Position numbers and translations under genes: made by a program. This document shows positions 39,385-49,199 of a stretch of DNA of 64,000 bases, piece after piece. Each line of letters starts with the position of its first letter. Positions within the stretch are counted from its first letter, which is position 1. The DNA lies in contig CAVZRV010000010.1 in NCBI GenBank assembly GCA_963777605.1, positions 64,001 to 128,000 on the forward strand, read 5' to 3'. The DNA is from an uncultured Acidobacteriota bacterium (GTDB lineage Bacteria; Acidobacteriota; UBA6911; RPQK01; JAPXNP01). The notes beneath the pieces are model-generated. The model saw nothing but the letters and a program-made list of their open reading frames with translations. It was not told where the DNA came from and did no database searches.

Positions 39385-39850
39385 ATGGGAACGACGGCCA
39401 CTCGATTCTGGACCTTTCAAACACGAATCATCCTTCTGGCCGGGTTCGTCACTCTCGTGGGTTGGTGCTCCTGGCCTGGCTTACGCCAACCGATCCGCCG
39501 TCCACGTTGAACATCCTGATCCCGTTTGAGATATCCTCCAGGTCCGGGAGATGTCGAACTCGAACCGAGGTTCAGCGCATCGAATTTAAAAAATTCCGCG
39601 GGAGTATCCGGGAATCGTCTAGGCGGAACCTATCCTCGTGAAACAGGGGCGCAACCGACTCCTTTTCAACGTCCTCCGTTTTTCAGACGGTCGCCCTGCC
39701 TTCATTACCGTCGTTTCTTGCACTGGCCGATACCCTGATCGCAACCCACTTCCGAATCAGCCTCTATCTGATACCGATCACGCTCGTTCTGCTGATCGGT
39801 GGAATCGCCTGGCTCTTCAAGCGAAAAACCACGGCGATCGCCTGACTGGA
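39385..39850 (+). pseudogene. decayed paralogous copy of the 5' part of the histidine kinase at 35872-37446
   Basis: Frameshifted fragments RFWTFQTRIILLAGFVT, LVLLAWL, ANRSAVHVE, ILQVREM, RLLFNV, DGRPAFITVV, LIATHFRISLYLIPITLVLLIGGIAWLF align in order with the kinase; 21-nt exact inverted match of 39533-39553 to 37207-37227. Confidence 0.85.
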
Positions 39851-39897
39851 AACTTCAAATTACCGGAGACAGGAGACCGAGACACGAGACCGGGAGG

Positions 39898-40033
39898 AAT
39901 CGGGAATCGCGAAGCGAGCATCGAGAATCGTTGTGAATCACGAAAATCGGCTGCTTCCAACGCCAGCGTGACCTATCTCGCCCAGGTGTAGGTTCATTCC
40001 CGATCCTCGCTACCCGCTTCTCGATTCTCGATT
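39898..40033. repeat. imperfect 33-bp inverted repeat built from heptamer units
   Basis: 39898-39930 matches the reverse complement of 40001-40033 at 27/33 positions; AATCGAG-like periodicity. Confidence 0.7.
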
Positions 40034-40332
40034 TGAACACAGTTTCACTCTGCGAATGGTCTCCGCAGCGCGGAGGGGCGGGGCTGGCTTGAAACGCAAG
40101 GCAGGACATACATCCCTGCTTGTCCCACGTCCGGAGCCACCGAACAGAAGACAGGAGAGCGTGATCCGGGGAGGCCTTGCCTGGTATGGCGCAGGGGCAG
40201 CCTGCCCGGCGAGTTCCGCTCCTGGTACAGCAATTGAAGACCTGACTTCGACTGGGATTCAGGAGCTTCTTCCAAAGAATTCTTACGCCTGCTCTTGAAT
40301 CCGTATCCCGTTGTGGTTTTTGATGGGAGACT

Positions 40333-41511
40333 ATGAAGTTCGTTTCTTCCCGGGTAGTCGTCGCACTGATCATGAGTATTGGAATTTCCGGTCTTGGGTG
40401 GGCCTTATCGCAGGCTGCGCCTCAGGGAAACACGAATAAAGGAGGGGACACCAAAGTGAGATTCTACGTTGGTACCTACACGAACACCACCAGCAAAGGA
40501 ATCTATCGCTGCGATCTCGACCTCGAGTCCGGTCGCCTGGGCAAGCCCGAACTGGCGGTTGAGGCCCCGAGCCCGTCATTCCTCGTCTTCGATCCTCTCT
40601 GGTCAATCCTTTACTCCGTCAACGAAGTCAGCGAATACCAGGACAAACCGACCGGATTCGTGAGTTCCTATGCGATCGACGCGGACTCGGGTGATCTCCG
40701 GCTTGTGGGTCGGGCTTCGTCGGGAGGCACCGGCCCCTGCCACTTGGGCGTGGGGGCATCCGGCCAAATGCTCGCGACAGCGAACTACGGCGACGGCGCG
40801 GTCGCGATCTCTCCCTTGAACACGAACGGTGCGATCTCGCCTCCTCAGGATATCGTTCGCCATTCAGGATCGGGCCCGAATCCAAGCCGCCAGGAAGGAC
40901 CCCATGCGCACAGCGCCACCTTCGGTCCCCGGGGACTGCTCTACGTGGCCGATCTCGGTCTCGACAAAGTCTATTTCTACATCGTCGATGTCGAGCGCGC
41001 CCGCATCGAGGACTACGATACGCCATTCGTTGAAGTCACTCCCGGATCCGGACCGCGGCACGTCGCTTTCGATCCGTCCGGAGAAGAGATGTATGTTGTC
41101 AATGAAATGGCTTCGACGGTGACGCGGTTTCAGCCCTTCAGCCGCACTCCGAACGAACAGCTACAGACGATCAGTACTCTCCCTGCTGCTTTTACCGGGA
41201 AGAGCTGGCCGGCGGAAATCGCGGTTTCCCCCGACGGCCGCTTTCTCTATGTCTCCAATCGTGGCCACGACAGCATCGCGATCTTCCGGATTACCGAGAA
41301 GGGACTCGTATCGGCCGGTTTCGTTCCCACCGGGGGGGAGAATCCTCGACACTTCAGCATCGACCCGTCCGGCAAGTTCATGATCGTCGCAAACCAGGAC
41401 AGCGACAACCTGGTCCTGTTCCGGGTCGATCCTAAGACCGGGCAGTTGACGAGGACGGACTCCGAAGTTTCGGTGGCACGTCCGGTCTGTGTTTGTTTTA
41501 CTGCGAAGTAG
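40333..41511 (+). CDS. exported lactonase (6-phosphogluconolactonase family, 7-bladed propeller)
   Basis: Signal peptide, YVGTYT, GPCHL, RQEGPHAH, GSGPRH, SNRGHDSI, GENPRHF. Confidence 0.9.
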   Translation: MKFVSSRVVVALIMSIGISGLGWALSQAAPQGNTNKGGDTKVRFYVGTYTNTTSKGIYRCDLDLESGRLGKPELAVEAPSPSFLVFDPLWSILYSVNEVSEYQDKPTGFVSSYAIDADSGDLRLVGRASSGGTGPCHLGVGASGQMLATANYGDGAVAISPLNTNGAISPPQDIVRHSGSGPNPSRQEGPHAHSATFGPRGLLYVADLGLDKVYFYIVDVERARIEDYDTPFVEVTPGSGPRHVAFDPSGEEMYVVNEMASTVTRFQPFSRTPNEQLQTISTLPAAFTGKSWPAEIAVSPDGRFLYVSNRGHDSIAIFRITEKGLVSAGFVPTGGENPRHFSIDPSGKFMIVANQDSDNLVLFRVDPKTGQLTRTDSEVSVARPVCVCFTAK

Positions 41512-41612
41512 CCCGTCCGGGAGTACCCGGTCAGGTTCAAAGATAGAGGACTTCACAACTCGCCAGGAAGGTCGTTGCGATTCCCGTCACTGCCTGCCCG
41601 GGATCGCCTGTC

Positions 41613-42878
41613 TCAGGAACTGCGCCCTTTCACCACCCAGTCCGGGATCTTGCCCGAGTCGAGCCAGTCGGGGACCTGCCGAAACGTGCGCAACGAGCCG
41701 AGGATCGTCTGGTAATGCTGAATCGAGTGCCTCCGCAGAAAGCCCCGGTAGAGTTCTTCCTTTGAAATTGCCAACTGCTGGGCCGCCTGACCGGCCGTAA
41801 TGGTGTTCATCAGGTCCAGCGTCGCAACAGTCGGATCGAGGTTAAAATCCCGAAAAGGCATCTGCTGGAGAACATCCTTGAAGGGAGCCAGAATCCGGGA
41901 GGCCTGGCCGAAGGACATGAAATCGGCCAGTGTGAAGCTCCACTCCACCGGATCGAGAGTCAGGTTCACGATCTTCTGAGGCTGGTCGGAAACGAACGTC
42001 ATCTTCACCCGGACCTCGCCCGTTTCCAACACCCGGAAGTTGATCGTCTGAAAAGCGACTTCGAATTCACCCGGACCGTAGGCGAACGGCCCCCGCTGAG
42101 GATTTTTCACGAACGCGTAGCCAAATCCATATTCGCCCAGAACTCCGGGCTCAGGATTGTCGAGGTTGGTGATGAACTCGGGAGTCACAACGAGGTAGCT
42201 CTCTTCTTTGAGCGGAACCATCAGTTGTGGCGTGCTCGAACCCAAAGGGCGCATGCTGACGTTGAACTGATAGACCTTCAAGCGAAGAACGAGCCATTCG
42301 CAGTTCTTCTGAACCTCTCGAAGATCGATCACCTCCGACTGCAGTTCCTCCGAGATCTCATCCACCTCTTCGCTGCCCGTCCGTTTCAGGAACACTTGGC
42401 TGAAGCCCATTCCTTCCCGCTCGACTTCCGGCTTGGCCCTCAGGCTGAACGGGCCGAGCAGGCTGGACAGCCAGTTCTCATCACCATTGCCCGGGCTCTG
42501 GGGTCGCCGAAAATCGCTCACGCGGAGGAAGTAGCCGAGCACGAACTCACGGATCTGGTCCCGCATCCAGGACGCGAGTTCGGGCCGATCTTTGTTGGGA
42601 GATTTCGGCTGGTCGTAAAAGACCTCGTCGATAACTCCCATCACCGGAAGGTCGCGTCCTTTGAGCGGTGCCGTCGCGAAGAAACCACGGCTTTGGTCCG
42701 GGCGGTTCAGGGTCTGGACGAGATCAAAAGGGTTGATTTCCCCTTCCCTTTGAGCACGGTCATACCACCGCCTCAGTTCAAGGCCCTCATCCAGGAACTT
42801 TCCCATCATTTCTAGAACGCCGCAGTCTTCGCCGGCTGCGCCTACCGGGCGAAACTCAGGTTTCGAGGATGCTCCCAT
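41613..42878 (-). CDS. hypothetical protein
   Basis: 421 aa ORF after a GGAGG RBS with natural composition; no family recognised. Confidence 0.75.
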   Translation of the reverse strand: MGASSKPEFRPVGAAGEDCGVLEMMGKFLDEGLELRRWYDRAQREGEINPFDLVQTLNRPDQSRGFFATAPLKGRDLPVMGVIDEVFYDQPKSPNKDRPELASWMRDQIREFVLGYFLRVSDFRRPQSPGNGDENWLSSLLGPFSLRAKPEVEREGMGFSQVFLKRTGSEEVDEISEELQSEVIDLREVQKNCEWLVLRLKVYQFNVSMRPLGSSTPQLMVPLKEESYLVVTPEFITNLDNPEPGVLGEYGFGYAFVKNPQRGPFAYGPGEFEVAFQTINFRVLETGEVRVKMTFVSDQPQKIVNLTLDPVEWSFTLADFMSFGQASRILAPFKDVLQQMPFRDFNLDPTVATLDLMNTITAGQAAQQLAISKEELYRGFLRRHSIQHYQTILGSLRTFRQVPDWLDSGKIPDWVVKGRSS

Positions 42879-43080
42879 CCAGCCACCTCCACGTTATTTT
42901 ATGGACTTGATCACCACAAGGCGGGTGTTGGGGTGATCTTAATCTCATCTCGCTGGCCAGTGCAAGCAGAAGGGAGCCGCAACCTGATACGGCAAGGTCC
43001 GGTCGATCCTCTGGAACCGGCAGGTAAACCGCTTCAAGCCAATCAAGAGGAATTGACGAGACCGGGGAGAAAACCTGGAG

Positions 43081-43443
43081 TCACTCCCGCCGGACCCGAC
43101 GAACCACCGAGTAGACGAGAGCGCCCCCTAGAAAGGCTCCCGCAACCCAGAATGCCCGATTGTTTCGCACCACATTCCAGGCATCTTCAGCGATGTCCGA
43201 CGTCCGCCGATAACGCAGATAGTCGGCTGTCTTCTCCAACTCCCGCGCAATCCGGCCTGCCTCCGAAGAACTCTCCAGTTCGTCGCCAAGGCGTCGAATC
43301 TGCGCGGCCAGACTCTCGATCCGGCGTCCACTCTCGGATTTCAATCCCGAGGTTCCAGTTTCAATTTGTTCGCCGACACGACTGATTCTTTCCTTCGTCA
43401 CGCCGCGAATGACAGTTCTACCGGTATTCTTAAGAATGCTCAT
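43081..43443 (-). CDS. hypothetical protein (ElaB/YqjD-like layout with C-terminal TM)
   Basis: Helical N-terminus, C-terminal hydrophobic anchor and basic tail; GGAGG RBS. Confidence 0.65.
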   Translation of the reverse strand: MSILKNTGRTVIRGVTKERISRVGEQIETGTSGLKSESGRRIESLAAQIRRLGDELESSSEAGRIARELEKTADYLRYRRTSDIAEDAWNVVRNNRAFWVAGAFLGGALVYSVVRRVRRE

Positions 43444-43537
43444 ATCGATCCTCCGCTGTCTCTAAATCTACATCCTGCCGGTTCCAACAGCAAAACCGCG
43501 GTATAGTTTTCTACCGGAATCAGAGGAGGAGAGAGAG

Positions 43538-44663
43538 ATGGCCTACATCGCCGTTCTTGGTGCCGGCCTGGTCGGCCGCACCATCGCCCGGGACCTTGCC
43601 GGCTCCCATACCGTGGTTTCTTTCGATAAAGACCCGGCCGCCCTTGAATCGGCATTCTCAGGTACGGAGTTGCGGTTCGTTGCCGGGGACCTTTCCGACC
43701 CCTCACTACTGTCCTCCGCGCTGGAACCCTTTGACCTGATCGTAAACGCCCTCCCCGGTCACCTCGGGATGCAGACGCTGAAAACCGTCCTGGAGTCGGG
43801 CAAGAACACGGTAGACATCGCATTTTCACCGGAAGACGCGTCTTCGCTGGGAGAACTCGCGCGGGACAAAGGCGTCGTCGCAATCGTCGATATGGGCGTT
43901 GCTCCAGGGATGAGCAACGCAATTCTCGGCCACCACGTCGCTACCTTCTCCAGGGTAGACCGATTCGAGTGCATGGTCGGTGGACTTCCCTGCGAACGCC
44001 ACTGGCCCTTTGAATACCGGGCTCCATTCTCACCGGCCGACGTCCTGGAAGAATACACGCGGCCCGCCCGCTTTCGGATTCGCGGAGAGGAGCGCTGGGT
44101 CCCCGCGCTCTCAAACCGGGAGAGAGTCGCATTCCCCGGGGTCGGCACACTGGAGTCGTTCGACACTGATGGTCTCCGCAGCCTCCTCCAGAGCTACCCC
44201 GCCATCCCGACCATGCGGGAGAAGACTTTGCGCTACCCTGGCCACGCCGCTCTCATGGAAGTCTTCCGGGAGGCCGGTTTCTTTTCGAGCAAAGCCGTAT
44301 CGGTGGCGAGGCGCCGAGGTCCGCCCGCTCGATCTCACCTCGCGACTGCTCTTTCCGCACTGGCAGTTGACGGAGGCCGACGATGAGTTCACCGTGATGC
44401 GTGTAATTGTGGAGGGAACAAACCATGCCGGGAAGCCCGAGTCCGTGCAATGGGACCTGCTCGATCACACCGATCACGAGCGAAGGGATTCGTCGATGGC
44501 CCGGACCACCGGCTTCGCATGCAATGCCGCCGTGAACCTCCTCCTGAGAGGAGACGTCGAGCCGGGACTCTGGTTCCCGGAAAAGGTCGCCGAAGATCGC
44601 TCCAGATTTGATTTTCTTCTCGACTACCAGCAACAGCGGGGCATCAATTACCGGCGTTCTTGA
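43538..44663 (+). pseudogene. saccharopine dehydrogenase/lysine 6-dehydrogenase family gene with a single frameshift near 44305
   Basis: GAGLVG, DMGVAPGMSN, EKTLRYPGH in the first frame; GAEVRPLD...MARTTG in the next frame; removing one G at 44305-44306 joins them. Confidence 0.8.
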
Positions 44664-45144
44664 TCCGGACAAAGACACCGGTTTCCCGGTTCTTCCGGAC
44701 TTCGTCCCAGTTGAAGACCCGGCCATTCATCACGATGTAGACCCCGGGCGGCAGAACCTGGGCTGCAGTAATGGCACCTCCCAAGTTGAAGAGGCCGTCC
44801 GAACTCCCGAATGCGAACGGAATCATGGCCCCGGTGAGAACGATCGTCTTGTCCTGGACCCTTCCCGCCAGGACTCGAGCCGTGTCCACCATCGTGTCTG
44901 TCCCATGAGTGATGATGATTCGGCTTTCCGGAACGCTAAGGCAGTTCTCCGCAATCAGGTTGCGATCCTGCTCGGTCATCTCGAGCGAGTCGATCAACAT
45001 CAACGTCCTCACTTCGACATCTACGCGACACCGGCCGAGGGCAAGGATCTCCTGCATATGAGAATCCTTGAAGTAGAGCCGCCCCTGGATTTCGTCGTAT
45101 TCCTTGTCAAATGTGCCGCCGGTAATGAGAATTCTTACTGCCAT
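44644..45144 (-). CDS. short L-asparaginase-family protein (N-terminal domain only)
   Basis: ITGGTFDK, HGTDTM, VLTGAM, SDGLFN; ATG at 45144. Confidence 0.88.
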   Translation of the reverse strand: MAVRILITGGTFDKEYDEIQGRLYFKDSHMQEILALGRCRVDVEVRTLMLIDSLEMTEQDRNLIAENCLSVPESRIIITHGTDTMVDTARVLAGRVQDKTIVLTGAMIPFAFGSSDGLFNLGGAITAAQVLPPGVYIVMNGRVFNWDEVRKNRETGVFVRIKNAGN

Positions 45145-45224
45145 CGTTTCGTCTCCACTCATAACTTTACAAGGGAGGTGATGACCGGGAGAAGAGCAGC
45201 CCTGGAGAATTTTCCCGGGAACCG

Positions 45225-45375
45225 GGGAGAAACGGCCCCGCCTGTGAGCCGGTTTGGAGTAGCGTCCCTGGGTTTCCCTCCCAATGGACAAAACTACGAC
45301 GGGGCCATCTCACCTTTGCTTCGAACCCGGCCGGTTCGGAACCTCCTCCGCTACGGGAAGCGGAGGCTTCCGTGA
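45225..45375 (-). ncRNA. candidate structured leader RNA upstream of the asparaginase gene
   Basis: 14-bp stem that is continuous only on the minus strand (three G-U pairs), nested stems and adjacent hairpins; no family recognised. Confidence 0.3.
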
Positions 45376-45653
45376 CTCGCCTTCTCTGGGGGGATTCAGC
45401 GCCCGGTTGATCCCTCCCGGCCTGTTTTGAATTCGAAGCCGTTGTACTTCCCAATATCGCCATCGCCGGAACGGATGGCAACATGAAAAAGGCGCAAAAG
45501 TGCGCAAATGCGCAAGATTGCATCAAACTGCGCGATCCTGCGTCAGTCTGGGCCGACTTTTCCTGCCCTAACCGCGCCCGACTCCGGTTCCTGTGGAGAT
45601 GCTGCTTCCCAAAAATGGATGAACAAAACTCCCGGGGCCTTCGTAGAACTGGC

Positions 45654-46037
45654 ATGAACACAGGTATCGACAAGCACTACACGGTTCTTGCGGCTCTCTT
45701 CATCGGCCTTGGGATTCTCGGAGTCATCGGAATCCTGGTGCTGATCTTCATCTTTGGGATCGGCAGCGTCATCATGGGAAGCGCCGCCGCTCACGATCCG
45801 TCCGTACCGGGTGCCGTAGTTTTGATCCCGGTCACATTCGGCCTGGTCATTGCGTCGTTCATCGCCATTTCGATAATCCCAGGTTTCGTGGCCGCCTACG
45901 GGCTTCTCGGCCGGCGTTCCTGGGGTCCCATAATGGGCCTCATTGCCGGCATAATCTGCCTCCCGAACGTACCGTTGGGAACCGGAGTCGGTATCTATGC
46001 GATCTGGCTATTCCTCCAGACGCAGCCTAGAACGTAA
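45654..46037 (+). CDS. membrane protein
   Basis: Hydrophobic helices; PLGTGVGIYAIW motif. Confidence 0.75.
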   Translation: MNTGIDKHYTVLAALFIGLGILGVIGILVLIFIFGIGSVIMGSAAAHDPSVPGAVVLIPVTFGLVIASFIAISIIPGFVAAYGLLGRRSWGPIMGLIAGIICLPNVPLGTGVGIYAIWLFLQTQPRT

Positions 46038-47574
46038 TGTGAAGGGTGTACGCGTTCTGACAGGGAGGACTGGCGGGAACCTTGACCTGCAACCCCTCGC
46101 TGTTCTGTTGCCACTTGACTGGCTCGTCGGCACCAAGGAGCCGCACGCCTTTGATCTGTCGATCCAGCAGGTCGGAATTCGAAGCCAGCGAACGAACCAG
46201 GAATTCACCGTTTTCCGGCCAGCCCAGGGCAACCGCGTAGAGTGAATCGTCTTTCGACGTAAATCGAAAATCCTTCGCTGAAAAAGCTTCCCGCTTGGTG
46301 TCGTTGAACGACCCTTCCACAACCTGGGTCGGGCCCTCACCGTAAATCTTCCAGGGACGGGTCCCATAGATTGAGTCACCATTAACCGCCAGCCAGTCTC
46401 CGATCTCCCGGAGAATCTCCTGCTCGGCCTCTGGAATCGTCCCGTCGGGCCTGGGTCCGATGTTGAGCAGGAGGGCACCGTTCTTGCTCACGATGTCAAC
46501 CAGGTCGTCAATGATCGAATCCGCGGTCTTGTAGTCCTGCTCGCTGACGTAGCCCCAGGAATTCTTTGAAATCGAGGTGTCGGTCTGCCAGAAGAAGGGT
46601 CGGATTTCGGCCAACTGGCCGCGTTCGATATCCAGCACCGCCGAACCCGCGGGGAAGGTCTTCAGCTTGTAGTTGATTGCGACACCCTTCCCCCACTCCC
46701 GTCCGCGATCGTAGTAGTAGGCGGCAAACTTCTTGAGGTAAGGCTCGAAGGCGGGCTGTTCGATCCACCAGTCAAACCAGATCAGTTGTGGCTGATACTG
46801 GTCCACGAGTTCGACGGTGCGGGCAAGCCAATCATCGAGGTAGGCGGCGTCGGGTGGGCGAGTTCCGTCTTCTGCCGCCTTCTGACTTTGCGCGGGGCCG
46901 TAAAAGGAGAGGTTGGCCGGGTCCCGGACGTCGGAATCAAAGGTCATCCCCGCGTCGTAAAACCACCAGTGTTCGGCGCGGTGCGACGATGCCCCGAAAA
47001 CCATCCCATTGGCCCGGACCGCTTCCGCCAGGGCGCCGATTACGTCCTGGTGCGGCCCCATTTTCGCGGCAGTCCAGTTGGAAAGAGAGGTGTCGTAGAG
47101 GGCAAACCCGTCGTGGTGCTCGGCGACCGGGACTACGAAGCGGGCTCCGGCATCCTTGAACAGGGCGGCCCATTCCGCCGGATCGAATCTCTCAGCGGTG
47201 AAATCTTTGATGAAATCCTTGTAGCCGAACGTTGACTGGGGACCAAACGTCGCCACATGGTGCTCGAACTCCGGCGTCCCCTGCCGGTACATGTTCCGCG
47301 GATACCATTCATTTCCAAATGCCGGGACCGAGTAAACACCCCAGTGGATGAAGATCCCGAACTTCCCATCCACATACCACTCGGGAGGCTGGAACTGTTT
47401 GAGTGAGTTCCAGTCCGCTTTGAAGGGGCCGGCCTGAATCACCGGATCGACACGAGAGAGCACCTCCTGTGCGGGCTCTCTCCCCGAGCACGAAACAAGC
47501 AGGACCGCCGCGAGTCCGAGCGCATAGGATTTCCAGGATCCTGACCATCCCCAGTCAAAAGGAAGTAACCTCAT
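46027..47574 (-). CDS. alpha-L-fucosidase (GH29), probable lipoprotein
   Basis: KFGIFIHWGVYSVP, EHHDGF, IWFDWW, VSKNGALLLNIGP; lipobox LLVSC. Confidence 0.93.
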   Translation of the reverse strand: MRLLPFDWGWSGSWKSYALGLAAVLLVSCSGREPAQEVLSRVDPVIQAGPFKADWNSLKQFQPPEWYVDGKFGIFIHWGVYSVPAFGNEWYPRNMYRQGTPEFEHHVATFGPQSTFGYKDFIKDFTAERFDPAEWAALFKDAGARFVVPVAEHHDGFALYDTSLSNWTAAKMGPHQDVIGALAEAVRANGMVFGASSHRAEHWWFYDAGMTFDSDVRDPANLSFYGPAQSQKAAEDGTRPPDAAYLDDWLARTVELVDQYQPQLIWFDWWIEQPAFEPYLKKFAAYYYDRGREWGKGVAINYKLKTFPAGSAVLDIERGQLAEIRPFFWQTDTSISKNSWGYVSEQDYKTADSIIDDLVDIVSKNGALLLNIGPRPDGTIPEAEQEILREIGDWLAVNGDSIYGTRPWKIYGEGPTQVVEGSFNDTKREAFSAKDFRFTSKDDSLYAVALGWPENGEFLVRSLASNSDLLDRQIKGVRLLGADEPVKWQQNSEGLQVKVPASPPCQNAYTLHITF

Positions 47575-47685
47575 CCATACACCGTCCTTTCAGCACGGCT
47601 ATTCTGACGTCCGACACCAGCAGTTGCAATGCCCGGGTTGCCCGCAGGAGCGCCCGCAATCTTCGGAAAGAATAGCCCGGGGCGA

Positions 47686-48288
47686 CTAACGCCCCGATCT
47701 GAAGGGCGGTTGAAAAACCACCCGGTCGGCAATGAATCCCGAGACAATCACCGCCAGAAGGACTCCGACAATCACCGAGAGAAAGTTGACGAACTGCGAT
47801 CGCGTGGCAACCGAACTGAATCGATCGGCGGTCGTCTGCCGGATCTCTCGAATCAGCGTTTCACACTCCCGTGCGACAGCAATCATCTCCAGAACGGAAT
47901 CATCCTCGGTCTGCGGGTTCCGCTTTCCCGCGAGAATCTCTGTGACCAATGACGAGAACCGTTGCCCATACTCGGCTTCTTTTTGCAGCAGCATTTCGAC
48001 GCGGGTGCCAATTTCCTGGCTTCCCCGCAGCTGCCTGGTGGCATCACCAAGCCTTTCGAGGTAGTCGCTTTGCAGGCTCAGGTATTCCTCCCCACCACGC
48101 ATGAAGAAGTTCTTCTCGTAACGGCGGGCTTCCAGCAGGTATTCTTCGAGGTAAGCACAGGTGGTCATGTTCTCGAATTCCTGCTGGATCAGCGACTGGT
48201 TCCAGATGATGACGCAGGGGGCGATCGCCATGATCGCAACCACCACGAGAACGTTCAGACGAATTCTCTGTCGCCAGTCCATCGCCAC
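47686..48288 (-). CDS. two-TM protein with a helical periplasmic sensor-like domain and no output domain
   Basis: TM, LLEARRYEKNFF helical bundle, TM, short tail. Confidence 0.65.
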   Translation of the reverse strand: MAMDWRQRIRLNVLVVVAIMAIAPCVIIWNQSLIQQEFENMTTCAYLEEYLLEARRYEKNFFMRGGEEYLSLQSDYLERLGDATRQLRGSQEIGTRVEMLLQKEAEYGQRFSSLVTEILAGKRNPQTEDDSVLEMIAVARECETLIREIRQTTADRFSSVATRSQFVNFLSVIVGVLLAVIVSGFIADRVVFQPPFRSGR

Positions 48289-48417
48289 CCCCGTTTCCCC
48301 TAACCTCCCTTCATCATACCTGTCGGTATCAGGGGGAGTACAGCCCGCAACGCGGCCCCGGTCCTGCCCAGGGTCAGGACACTAGGCAGATCGCGCCAAG
48401 ATGGAGAAAATATAGGT

Positions 48418-49080
48418 ATGCATATGAATCGAATCCTCCTTGGAGTCTCCCTGGTTCTTCTTTCCGCCCCCGGGTCCCTGAATGCGATTCAGGCAGGCCG
48501 ATCGTTCACGGTGTCGCTTCCCGAAGCCCAGAAGCAGGGTGGCATGCCCTTGATGGAGGCCTTGGCGGAACGCCACAGCACGCGGGAGTTCGCGGACCGC
48601 GAACTCCCCCTGGAGATGCTCTCCAACCTGCTGTGGTCCGCAGACGGTGTCAACCGACCGGAGACAGGAAAACGGACGGCTCCGTCGGCCCACGATCGAC
48701 GCGAAGTCGATGTTTATGTGGTCACGCCCGAGGCGTTCTACCTCTTCGATCCCAACAACCACTCGCTCGAGCTTCTCGGACGCACTGATATTCGGAAACT
48801 GGCGGGAACCCAGGATTACGTCGCGACGGCCCCTGTCAACCTTGTCTACGTGGCGGACTTCTCCAAGGTATCCGACAATGCCAGCGAGGAGCGCACGATC
48901 TATGCCGCTGCCGCAACCGGATTTATCGCACAGAACGTGTACCTGTTCTGCGCGTCGGAGGGTCTGGGCACGGTCGTGCGGGGCAGCATTGACCGCGAGA
49001 AGCTCTCAAGTGCTCTGGAGCTTCGTCCCGATCAACAAATCATCCTGGCCCAATCCGTGGGTTACCCGAAAGAGGATTGA
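48418..49080 (+). CDS. nitroreductase-family (SagB/ThcOx-like) protein with signal peptide
   Basis: RHSTREF, RTAPSA, AQNVYLFCASEGLGTV, QSVGYP. Confidence 0.88.
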   Translation: MHMNRILLGVSLVLLSAPGSLNAIQAGRSFTVSLPEAQKQGGMPLMEALAERHSTREFADRELPLEMLSNLLWSADGVNRPETGKRTAPSAHDRREVDVYVVTPEAFYLFDPNNHSLELLGRTDIRKLAGTQDYVATAPVNLVYVADFSKVSDNASEERTIYAAAATGFIAQNVYLFCASEGLGTVVRGSIDREKLSSALELRPDQQIILAQSVGYPKED

Positions 49081-49199
49081 CACCGGCGGGGGCTCGGCCG
49101 TTGATGGTGCAACCGGCACAGCTCGATATTGGGCCTAAACGGAGTTCGCCCGGGTCCCTTGTTCTCAGCCGACTTCCCCACTAAGCTTGCAGGATCATT

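Noticed and set aside
45217-45345. 6S RNA, cobalamin, yybP-ykoY or c-di-GMP-I riboswitch assignment
   Set aside because: Only short motifs match; required helices or motif order are missing, so it is kept as an unassigned structured RNA candidate
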